Positions 36,801 to 48,800 of a DNA stretch of 60,000 nucleotides are shown here, one piece after another. Made by a program: the position numbers and the translations under genes. The notes beneath the pieces were generated by a model. It searched no databases. It saw nothing but the letters and a program-made list of their open reading frames with translations, and had not been told where the DNA came from. Source of the DNA: Lytechinus pictus (taxonomy: Eukaryota); assembly GCF_037042905.1 (NCBI RefSeq), contig NC_087252.1:1738001-1798000 (forward strand). The letters are read 5' to 3'. Each line of letters opens with the position of its first letter. The first letter of the stretch is position 1.

Positions 36801-39800
36801 GATCCATCATCAATACAAATTTTGAGGATTTTTTCTCGATAATTTGTTTTTATTAATGAAACTTTGTTTGTTTTGTATCGTGTGTATGTCAGATCCTTCA
36901 ACAGTGGGGATCGTCCTCGGTGTAATTTTTATTCTGGTGGTCATTTCTGCACTTGTTGCTTTTATCGTCTGGAAAAGGTTTATCAGGGGATCGAGAGAAA
37001 ATAAAGGTAAAATCATATTTTTAGTATAGTCTAATAATGTCGTTTCAAAATCCTTTATTAACATTGTCATGACAAAGAAAATGTTTATTCATGAAATTCA
37101 TAGAAATTGCGCAATACAATTATTATTATTATCTGTAATTAATTAGCATCATTTTATTGTAGGCCTACAAAGTTATAGATTCAATAACATACACAAACAT
37201 TTCAGAAACAAACAAACACTCATGTTTACAAAATTAACGTTAGGATATTATGTTTTGGACTGTTTATCTTTCCCTTTCTTTGTTCATCTTAAGCAATAAA
37301 TCATTAATTTCGTGTGTTATTATTTTGCTTTCTATGCAACTCAAAATCATGAAGGAGAGGAAAGTCAAGAAAAACTGCTTGGTATGTATCCCAGATTCGA
37401 GAAGTATATGAACCAAACTATCTGAACAATATTGGGATCTTTTTCTTGTACTCGAGTAACATTAAGAGAGAGAGAGAAAGAGAGAGGGAGAGATAGAGTG
37501 AGGGGGTGAGAAAGAGGGAGGGGGGGGGGTGGGAGTGAGGGGAACGGAGAGAGAAGTGAGTGTGTGTTGGGGGTTCATCATCTGTAACATAATTGAGCAT
37601 TCAAATTAGACGCAGTGCATGCATTAAGTTAAAGAGCGTCTATTCAATGTAAATAGGCCTATTAAAATATAATACGGTCATAATCTTATAATAGATTGTT
37701 AAAAATTCCAAAACAGAAATGTTGTTTGAAATTAGGAATCAGAAACCTAACTAAAACAAATGGACAATATACAAATAGCGAATAGGCATGAGTGCGATGG
37801 TGCGAGATTTCGCATGAGGTGAAAGAAAGATGCTCTATTCAACGAGGCGTTAGCCGAGTTGAATAGAGTGTTTCTTTCTTTCACCAAATGCGAAATCTTG
37901 CACCATTGCACGAATAAGAATATTCGCTATTTGTGTTGTACAACGCCTCGGAGTTTAGCGAAAATATGAAAAAAAGGAAGAGTTTTTCCCTGCAGTAATC
38001 TATGAATAGGGAGCAAAAATATTGAAAGCAAAATCCCACAAGCGCACATGATCTTGGGCAGCAATGGGCATTTTGCCAGCAGGCTAGGCTTATACGCGCA
38101 TTGCACCTTCATTTTTACTGAGCGCAATGAATTAAGGACGTTCCACAGTTAAAGTGAAATCCATGTCATTTTCACCCAACTTTGCACATAGATACTTTAG
38201 AACCTTAATATTCGAAATATGCAAAAATTAACATAGGTCCATGTGCTTGATTTTTTGCTATAGAACTTCAAAGTTCACCCAAATTGATGTTTTTAAGAAT
38301 TGCGCATTCAAAAGAATTTGGCATTTTTAGACCGCCCAAGATTACTACAATGAGTTTAAACCTGTATTACTCAATCAAAATACATGAAAAAGTCATCATA
38401 TTTCGCAAGAGAGTTAATAATTGTATCGTTAGAATGGAGAATATATTTATAGTGCTATTTGTTTGCAATCTAAGTTTAACAGCACTGTCAGTTCTTAAAA
38501 ATGGCGTAAAGATAACAAAATCCCAATCTAAAAAATGTGAAATTTCAGTAACAAACTACAAAAGTACAATAAATGCTGCACTTTATTTAAAATCCATGTC
38601 ATTTTCACCAAAGTTTGTAGAGTTGTAGAGGAAGGTATACCTAAGAGGAACAAACATTAAAAAATAGGGGTTCATGTGCTTGTTTTTAAACTATCAGTAT
38701 TTTTATAGAGCAAATGTGCTTTTTAAAACACCAAAAATGCGCCGAATGCTTTGTATCTATGTGAAGAAAAAAATCAAAACCACTCTACCATTTATTCAAA
38801 CTCGGGGTAATATTCGTGATTCTTGGCAGCACTGCAGAGTAAAGTATTTTGAAATTGTAGAGAATCTTTTTTTTTTTAATGGTCCATTGAATAATTCAAT
38901 TTTTTAGCTTCATGAAATAACGCATCGGATCTGCAATTAAAGTGCAGAAGATGAGAAAAATCAGCACATACCCGCAGCTAATTAATCACCTGTTCATCCA
39001 TTGTGACGTCAGCGCGCAGAGTGTAAACTATGCGCAGATCATAATGCGCACAAACATTACTGTGGAACGTCCTTAAATCGTATTGTACAACGCCTACTTA
39101 GCTTGTTGTACGCGAGCAAATGGGAGGCTGAATGTCAAACATTCGTACCGTTGCACAGAAGACGTACCATCCAAAATGTACCGTCCAAAATGTACCGTTG
39201 CACGGCTTTAGGAGGTGACGTCACAATACGATTTAATTCAATGCGCTCGGTAAAAATGAACAATACGCGTATAAGCCAGCTGGCTAAATGCGCAAGGCTG
39301 CCCAAGGTCATGTGCGCTTGTGGGATTTTGCTTTCTGCTTTTGGTATTTTTGCTCCCTTTTCATAGATTACTATAGGGATAAACTCTTTGTTTTTTCATA
39401 TTTTCGCTAAATTCCGAGGCGTTGTACAACACAAATAGCGAATATTCTTATTCGTGCAATGGTGCGAGATTTTGCATTCGGTGAAAGAAAGAAACGCTCT
39501 ATTCAACTCGGCTACCGCCTCGTTGAATAGAGCGTCTTTCTTTCACCTCATGCGAAATCTTGCACCATCGCACTCATGCCTATTCGCTATTGGGAGGCTG
39601 AATGTCAAACATTCGTACCAACGAACGTAGAGGGCAGCAACACACGGCAGTCAGAGTTATGACGGCAGTGTTGCTTTTAGCATGGACCTACTACTCAGAG
39701 TAGTAGGTCCATGCTTTTAGGAAGGTCCACTTCGCTCAGATTTTGTGACCATTTTATCCCAGAGCACTTTTTTGGAAGATTGTAGAGTTGATTTTTTTTC

Positions 39801-42800
39801 GTTTGTTCAATTTTACTATTTTTTATTGACAATAAAACCTCCAAGAAAATTTGTTAAATAATATTATTTTAACATATTTGTATTTTTAAAAATTTGTAAG
39901 ACAAAATGTAATCATGATTCTTGTAGTTTACATAGCAATAAAAATACATAGACTGATGACATTTGTGTTACCGTTCTTCTGCTTAATTTCGCTGCCCCTA
40001 CCAAATCTACACAAGCTAACGCCAGAGCCAAGACCATGATGTTCTGGTCTGGCCGCGCCGAAACTTCCCCGGTCACCTGTACCTATGCCTGTACCTCGGT
40101 GCGCGTACTGCGCTGCGTGAATGATAATGCTGACTGCACTGCACTGGCAGGATAATCTCGACGCGACTCGACTTAGCTAGATATGCACTTAATAATAATA
40201 ATAATGGTGGCTACTTATATAGCGCACAGGTCCACCTTTCGGTGCTCATGGCGCTTCAAGGAAAATAAACACAAAACACAACAATAGAAAACAAAAAAGA
40301 ATAGAATTTGAATTCTCCTGAATAAACACAATATTAAACTGCTAATGGGAGATTAAATAGGTTTTCAATCGGGACTTGAATGCTTCTGTTGATGAAATTT
40401 GGCGTAATTGGATAGGCAGTTGATTCCATAGCTTTGGTCCTATAACAGAGAATGCATGGTCCCCCCATTTGTGTTTTGTTCTGGGTGTCTGGAGCAATAG
40501 AGAATCAGATGATGAGCGAAGACTCCGTGAAGGCTGATATTTTGAGATAGAGCTGTTGAGATATGTGGGGAAGAGAGAATAAATTGAATGATGTATTAGT
40601 AAAAGAATTTTGAAGGTGATTCTTTTACCAACAGGCAGCCAATGTAAGGACTGGAGGATTGGCGAGATGGAGTCATACTTTTTAGTGTAGGTTAGGAGAC
40701 GGGCAGCAGAGTTTTGTAGACGTTGAAGTTTTGTCAAATCTTTTTGTGGGAGGTTACAGAACAATGAGTTTGAAAAATCTAAACGGGAGGAAATTAAAGC
40801 ATGGATAAGTATCTCGGCTGCAGGTTTAGACAGTGACTTTCTGATGACTTTCTGTTGAAAGATATAGACTTGGTCTGTCATTAATGTGGCACTATGGCGG
40901 ATGAGCAACGATAAATATTCAAGGTTAGAATTTTAATTTTAACTTACAGTGTAGATTGTAGTCTGAAAATCTAAAATAATTATGTTATATCCACAAATCC
41001 AACCCACATTTTGCAATCCATCAGGCAGGATCGAATACGACCACTAAACAGCAAAGCCAAGTCCCAGTCTAACGTTAGACATAATATTAGACAGAAATTA
41101 TCTGGTTCAGTATCGAGCTACGTATATTCCGACGGGTCTTGACTTGAGACGAACTATCAAGGGGCGAAGGTCTATGTCACATTTACTATTTTCATTCCAT
41201 AATTTTACAAAAATTTGTGTTAGCATATGCAAGCAGCCCACCGTACCTTACCTCAGCACCGACCGGCCCGGGTCGCCGGCGCGGTCATGCCAGCCATGGC
41301 GCTTGTATACTCAAGAGGCGGTGCTGGATTGTGTAGGCGCATTATGGTGCCGGTGCAGCGAAATTTAGATGAAGACGTATCAACCTCACGTATAATTGTT
41401 ATCATATTGATATGCAAAGTCATAAAACTGTTGTCACCACCATGTAATATTTTATGAAAATACAGGAACAAGTATTTCATATTTTTAAGCATGATATTTG
41501 ATGTAAAAACATTTCAAGCAAAAATAATGATAAAGAGGAAATGAAAATAAATCAACTCTACAATCTACTAAAAAAGTGCTCTGAGAGGTTTTCGGTGGTC
41601 ACAAAATGACTTGGCTAAATCTGGGTGAAATTAGCAGACTGGTTTATTTATGACAGAATTTAATCCTGTTTTACTGAAGATGTACAAAAAAATTGTGACA
41701 ATAATTGAGTGATATATTATTTTAAGAATGTGGTACATCATTATTCAATTTTATATATATTTTTTGTTTTCATTGTTTTAATCTACTATTGTCATAATCT
41801 ATTAGTTTACATCTATTTTGCTGTCACTCCGTGAGTGTATTGAATCGGATCATGGTTTCGTTGGCATGAGTGCGATGGTGCGAGATTTCGCATGAGGTGA
41901 AAGAAAGATGCTCTATTCAACGAGGCGTTAGCCGAGTTGAATAGAGCGTTTCTTTCTTTCACCGAATGCGAAATCTCGCACCATTGCACGAATAAGAATA
42001 TTCGCTATTTGTGTTGTACAACGCCTCGGAATTTACCGAAAATGTGAAAAAACAAAGAGTTTATCCCTATAGTAATCTATGAAAAGGGAGCAGAAATACC
42101 GAAAGCAGAAAGCAAAATCCCACAAGCGCACATGACCTTGGGCAGCCTTGCGCATTTAGCCAGCTGGCTTATACGCGTATTGTTCATTTGGGGACATCCC
42201 GATAGACCGCGGGTCCGATAGTCCGCGGGTCCGATAGACCGCGGGTCCGATAGTCCGCAGTGTGTGTGAAATTATGATCAGGGGAGCGTTTCATCAACAT
42301 TTTCGTCCGACAAGTTGTCAGATCTGACAACTTTCCTTGATAATGATTGGCTGAGAGTCACCGTTACCATAGTAGCTGTCGGATAAAACAGTACTTGTCG
42401 GATAAAACGTCCGACAAGTCCTTTCATGAAACGCTCCCCCGATATATCAAATGTCATCGAGAGGTCCAAAGGTCAAATGATACGAGACCATGGGGTTTTA
42501 TCAAGGGCGGATCCATGGGGGGGGGGGGCGAGGGGGAACTGCCTCACCCCCCCCCCCAGCTCAAAAAAAAAGGGGGAAGAGGGGAAAAGGGAGAGAATAA
42601 AAACAGAAAGAGGAAGATAGGAAAATAAGATAATAGAAAAGAGAGTTAAAAAGAGAAGAAAAAGGGGAAAGGAAAGACAAAGAAAAAAGGGAGAAGAAAA
42701 GGGGAAAGAAGAGGAAAAAAGAGGAGGTAAAAGGGCGAGAAGAAAAGAAAGGAGAAAGGAAAAGGAGGAAAAAAGAAGAAAAAAAAGAGGAAGGAAGAGA

Positions 42801-45800
42801 ATAATATTTAAATAGAGAGGAAGATGGGAAGAAAGATAAGAAAAAAGAGAGAGAGAGGAAGAGGGGAAAAGAAGAGAAGAAAGAGAGAGAGGGAGGAAGG
42901 GGAGGGGGAGAAGGAAAAAAAAGATTAAAAGAGAAAAAAGGGGGAAAGGAAAGAAATAGAAAAAGGGAAAAGTAAAGGGGGAAAGAGAAAAAAGTCGAAG
43001 AGGGAAATGAAAGAAAAGAAGAGAACGGAGTAAGGAAAAGGGGAAGAAAAGGAGGAAAAGAAGAAGAAAAAAGAGGAAGGAAGAGAATAATATTTAAAGA
43101 GAGAGGAAGATGGGAAGAAAGATAAGAAAAGAGAGAGAGAGACGAAGAGAGGAAAATAGAAAAAAGAGAGAGTAAGGGGGAAGAGAGGAAAAACGAGAAA
43201 AGAGAGAGGAAAAGATGGAAAGAAAAGACAGGAAAAAAAAAAAGAAAAGGGGGAAAGAAAAGATGGGGGAAAAGAGAAGAAAAGGGGGAAAAGAAGAGGG
43301 GGAAAGAAAGAGAGAAAGAAAGAGAAAGGAAGGAAGGGGAATGAGGATAAGAGAAAGAAAAAAGACAGAAAAGGAGACGGGAAATGGAAAAGGGAGATGT
43401 TGACCTGGACGTCGATTTGATGGCGCCAAAATGACGTTCGAACTATGGGGCGCCGAATTGATGTTCGAACTAGGGGAGCGCTAATTTGAATTTTGACCAT
43501 ATTGCGACAAATACATGTTTCAGAGAGGGGGAGGGGGGGGGGGGGCAAAGTTATATTTCACATGGGGGCGCCAAGTTTATGTTCAACCGAGGGTGCCAAA
43601 TTGACCTTGAACTTAGAGTGCTTCATGCAAATTCATTTTCGACCGGGGGCGCAACATTGCTCGTATTGCCTGTTTATAGTGAAATATATGTCCTGCCCAA
43701 AAAACTTAAATTAATGCGGCTGAATTAAAATATCCAGTTTTTACGATAACAGAAAAAACAACGTTTTCGAGTTTTAAGTCTGTTTAGCGAGATAGATACC
43801 ATGTTCAGGGTCACAAAAAAGGTTATTATCAAATTCAGCTCGCGCTACGCGCTCGCAATATTTGATTAATGAGGTATGCATCCTCTGCTTCAATCCCACA
43901 TGTAAGTGTTAGTGTTTTTCAAGTCAACATACATAGGCCGATCCAGGGGGCAAAGATTTTGCCCGCCCCCCATGGTGGCGCAAAAAGGGGTAAGAAACAG
44001 AAAAAAGGAAGAGAAAAAGGACAAGCAATTAGAATAGGAATTATACCTTAGTCCTTCTTAAGTCAGTATATAAAAAAATTGAGCTCGCGCTCTGCGCTGG
44101 CATCAATAAATTATTTAGTTATATACGCATCCCGACCTTACAGTTTTTTATGCGAACGAGAAGCACAAGCTGAAAATATTTGATATTCTAACCTGACAAC
44201 TGAAAATGTATTTTTCATTTCAACATTATAAAAGTTTTCAGCTAGCGCTTCGCGGTCGCATTCATTTCTTAATAGGTATGCATCGTGTTCATCATAACAA
44301 CTACTAACATAGGCGGATCGAGGCGGCCCGAGGGCAACCACCCCCCCCCCCTATTGACAGAGCAAATAAATTGTGAAAAACGGGGAAAGAAAAAAAAGAG
44401 GGAAAGAAAAAAAAGAGGGAAAGAAAGGAGAAAAAAAGAAGACGAAACATAAAAGGAGGAAGACGGGTGAATAAAATAAGGTCAGGAGAAGACTTGGAAA
44501 ACAATTTTTAAAAATATTTAATGTCACTATAAAGTTTCGCTCGCGCATCGCGCTCGCATTGCCTGTTCGATGAGATACATATCTTGCTCAATAGGCTGAT
44601 ATGTAGTTTAAAATATCAAGTTTTGATATCAATGTACAAAACATAATTCAGCTCGGACATCGATCTTTCATTATTTGTTTTATTTACCAATTTATGTTTT
44701 TAAGTGCACTGGAAAATGTCCGTTTTATGGTTTGAATCAACATTTGCAACATTTTGTGCGCTCGCACTATTTGCCAAGTAGGCCTACCTATTGTCTTTTT
44801 ATATTTCATATAAGATTCTCTAAATATACATTTTTCAGGTGTCTCGAATGTAAAAAAAATAATAAAGGCCTATGAGCTAGCGCTGTGCGCTCGCATTTTG
44901 ATTGGTGAGTTATGTATACCTACAGTGGCGTACCATGGGTCACGGCATTGGGGGGGGGGGGGGCACACCAGAAAAAATCTTAATCACTGAAGTTGCCAGG
45001 TATACTGACCTAATACAGACATTTAAAGGACAGTGCCATTAAACGGATATGTCTCTCACTGGTCAAATAATGCAAGCGCGAAGCGTGAGTTTAAGATTTT
45101 TGATATTCAGACCTAAAAAGGGACATTATAAATCTTTTGTAACCATGAAACGTACCTGTCTCGCTAAATAATGCGAGCGCGAAGCGCGAGCTGAAATTTT
45201 TGTAAATATTGACCCCCAAACAAGAAGATTTTAATTCATTAAGAGTATACACATCTCACCATGGACCCCTCAGAAGAACAGCCTGTGGCTGAAGAGGGTC
45301 ATCCAGCCCACGAGTGGAAAATAAATAAATAAATAAATAAATAAACAAATAAATAAATAAACCATAGTCATCCAATGCGAGTGCGAATAAGCGCTTGCTG
45401 ATTTTGTTAGAATTACATCTAAACATGCACATAAAGCACTTGTAATCATGATTAATATATCAATCTCACTAATCAAATCTTGCGAGAGCGAAGCGCGAGC
45501 TGAAAATTTTGGAAATTCAGACCTGAAGAGGGGCATTTAAAGGCTTGTTTGTAGGAATTCACGAAGACTATACGTAGTCCACTAACCGAATGATGCGAGC
45601 GCGAAGCGCGAGCTGAATTTTTTTGATATTCAGATTAGAAAAAGGGACATTTTAAGGACTGATTCTCGGAATTCATGGAGAGCAAACATATTTCACCAAT
45701 CCACTATACTGCGAACGTAAGCACGGACAGGAAATGTTTATTTTAAGACCTTGAATGGGGCAATCACTTTAAGTAGTCATGAAAAAGAAGCATACTATTG

Positions 45801-48800
45801 TACATAAAACAATAATAACTCGACGTGCGATGAAATATATTTGGCAGTTTGGTGTATATTGACTTGAAAACGGGAGGTTTTAGTATAACAGGATCATATA
45901 TCTCGTTAAACAGACAATGCGAGCACCAGGAACAATGAAGAAATAGGTCCTGAGCAAATTATGTTTCATGAAGTTATGAAAAAAAATGTTTCTTATGTAA
46001 TATAACATAACATAATTATGATATAATATAACATTATAATGAACAATAATGTTTTTTTCCAACTACGTTTCTCAGCCGGTAGGGGGGGGGGGGGGGGGCA
46101 CGTGCTCCCCATGCCCCCCGTAGTTACGCCACTGTATACCTATATATTAATTCTATAACAAACTACTTAAATCCCCCCATTAAAAAATTCCGGATCGCAA
46201 TTTGCGCTCGCATTATTTGCAAAAAATATATCAACCAATGAATCCTATTCATGATTACAAAAATACTTAAAATATCCAGTTTTCAGGCCTCATGCACTGT
46301 CAACAAATTTCACACACTCATTAGGCTTAACAGATTAATAAATATGAAATAAAATTTGTATGAATTCATAATAACTAAATTGTCCCTTTTTCATAAATAA
46401 ATATCAACAAGTTTTAGGAAAAGAAATAGAAGATAGTCATCATTCTTATATGATGACAAAATGTCCTTAGGCCTAAAATGTCTCGATCCTAGGTCAAATA
46501 AATAATAAAATATCAGCTCGCGCTTCGCGCTCGCATTATTTATATAGTGCTATCAAAATTCCCTATATACACATTGCTGTAAACAGTGCTTAAATTGACC
46601 CTTTTTATATCGGAATTTCAAATATTATTTTCAACTCGGGCTCTGCGCTTGCATTATTGATTTTATGATGAAAAATGAAATGTATTCAGATTGCCAGGAT
46701 TCTGTCTAACTCTAAAACACGCGCACGCATGTTTTTGAGATACAAAGCTTGATCTTATTCAAAACGTGCTAAAATTATCCAGTTTCGAATCAGAATATAA
46801 AAAAAAATTTGCTCGCGCTTTGCGCTCGCATTATTATTGTAGGAAGATACCAAAAATTACCCATCCTTTTTCATGATTGACAAACATGAATCGAATGTCC
46901 CATTGGGGGATTTGAAATCTCATCTTTTTAGGTTGGAATATCAAAAATTTTCAGCTCACGCTTCGCGCTCGCATTATTTAATCGTTGAAATATGTATCGT
47001 CTTAATGGCAAACTGCAAAACATCCTTAACAGGTCCCTTTTCGACCAGGCCAGAACGAATATTTAACATTTCTGCTCGCGCTTCGCGCTCGTGGTAATTA
47101 TATAGTTACATACGCGTCCTGTTCAGGTTCACAAACATTGCCCAAAATGTTCAATTTTCAGGACAAAATACATGAAATTTCATTTCTAGATTACATAGGG
47201 CTTAAGAGATTATTACACATTTATGCTGCTTATAAAGTAAAGCTAGGAAATGACTGTTAGGACATGGGCGTTTTGCCCCCCCCCCAAAAAAAAAAAGAGA
47301 GAATCAAGACAAAGAAAAAATAGAAAGAAAAGGGAAGGGATTAGGATGAAATATAATATTATTTTCCAAATATTATGTCAAAATCTATCACAACCTTGTA
47401 TTTTTGTAATAAAAATGTCAGCATAGTTGCTTGCTCGCTTCGCTCACTGGCAACTTCTTATTAATTTTATGCGATACACCATATCGAGCCCCCTCGAAAT
47501 TGTTGGCTCATTACGGCACTGGGACAACCCCTTCAAAGAAACAACAACAAAAAAAATCAACTTTGAGCGGCCGATCGGGGAAAATATGGGTGAACAAATT
47601 GCCCCTCACCCTATTGGCGGAAGCTGGGTCCGCCCCTGACTTAGGCTTTCAGGATATAATACATGAAAAATCTATCCAAAAAAAAAATCAGATCGCGCTT
47701 CGCGTTCTCATTATTTATTTAGGCCTTGTGATATACCTTAATTTGTTTTTAAGAAAGAAATCTCAGATTTTCTTTGATGTCTACCCCCCCCCCATTTCAT
47801 TTATTTATTTTTTACTTGGTGCCCTCGCCACCCCCCCCCCCCCGTGCACCCATGCTGAATAAATACACCACTGATGAGGAGAATTAGTCGATTGCTTCGA
47901 GATTGCATTATTCCCAAGAGGTTATCATTAATATTATTGAAGGGTATTCTAACACAACAGTACAGAAACTACAGCTCCCGTTCACACAATATTCTAGTAG
48001 GGCCTACTCTGGTTAGAAGTTAAACCAAATTGAACCCCCCCCCAAAAAAAAAAAAAAAAAAAAATTGATATTACATTATATATTCATGTTTTTTTTTTTT
48101 CAAGAACACATGAAATAGTGGTCTTTGTTTTTTTTTAATGTGATCATGTTAGCCTGGCCGGGAGGGGGTGGGCGCCATTTTTCGAAAAGTACACATATGG
48201 GCGCCAAAAATCAGGTCAAATTTGCCCCCCCCCCTCCCTCCCCACGAAATCCTGGATCCGCGCCTGGGTTCTATAACAATAACCCAATTAGGGTAATCAC
48301 CCCCTGACAACTACTTCAAGGAAAATATTATCCCCATATTTTTACTGCCGGGGACTGATACCCCCCCCCATCGGAAATTTACCCTCCAGACAATTACCCC
48401 GGATAATTACCCCTAGTACGGAGCCTTGAAAATGCCATCAACGTGACGACATGGCGTGGTACTTTATCTTGCCATGTCTTAATTGATCATTGGCGGCGGA
48501 AGGCAAAACAAATTTAAAGGGGTCCACCTGAAATTTTGGGATGGACACAGGTAAAAAATTTGACAGGAAAATCAACCAAAATTTATAGAAAGGACCACCA
48601 ACATTTTTTGACAAGAAAAAAAAGGTTATCAACCACAATTAGGGGGGGAGGGACAAACATATTTTAAGGGGGGTCCACCTCAATTTAGGGGGGGCGTAGA
48701 AAACAAATTGACAAGCAAAAAAAAAAAGGTTCTCAACTAAAAATCTAGGGGGGACCGTCCCCAAACCTCAAATTTAGGGGGAAAGGTCCCCGGCCCCCCC

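Larger units (their letters stand above)
42502..48266. mobile_element. Large hAT-like non-autonomous element with purine-rich tract and further nested hAT-like ends
   Basis: caagggcggatcc...ggatccgcgcctg; TSD ggttttat/ggttctat. Confidence 0.7.
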
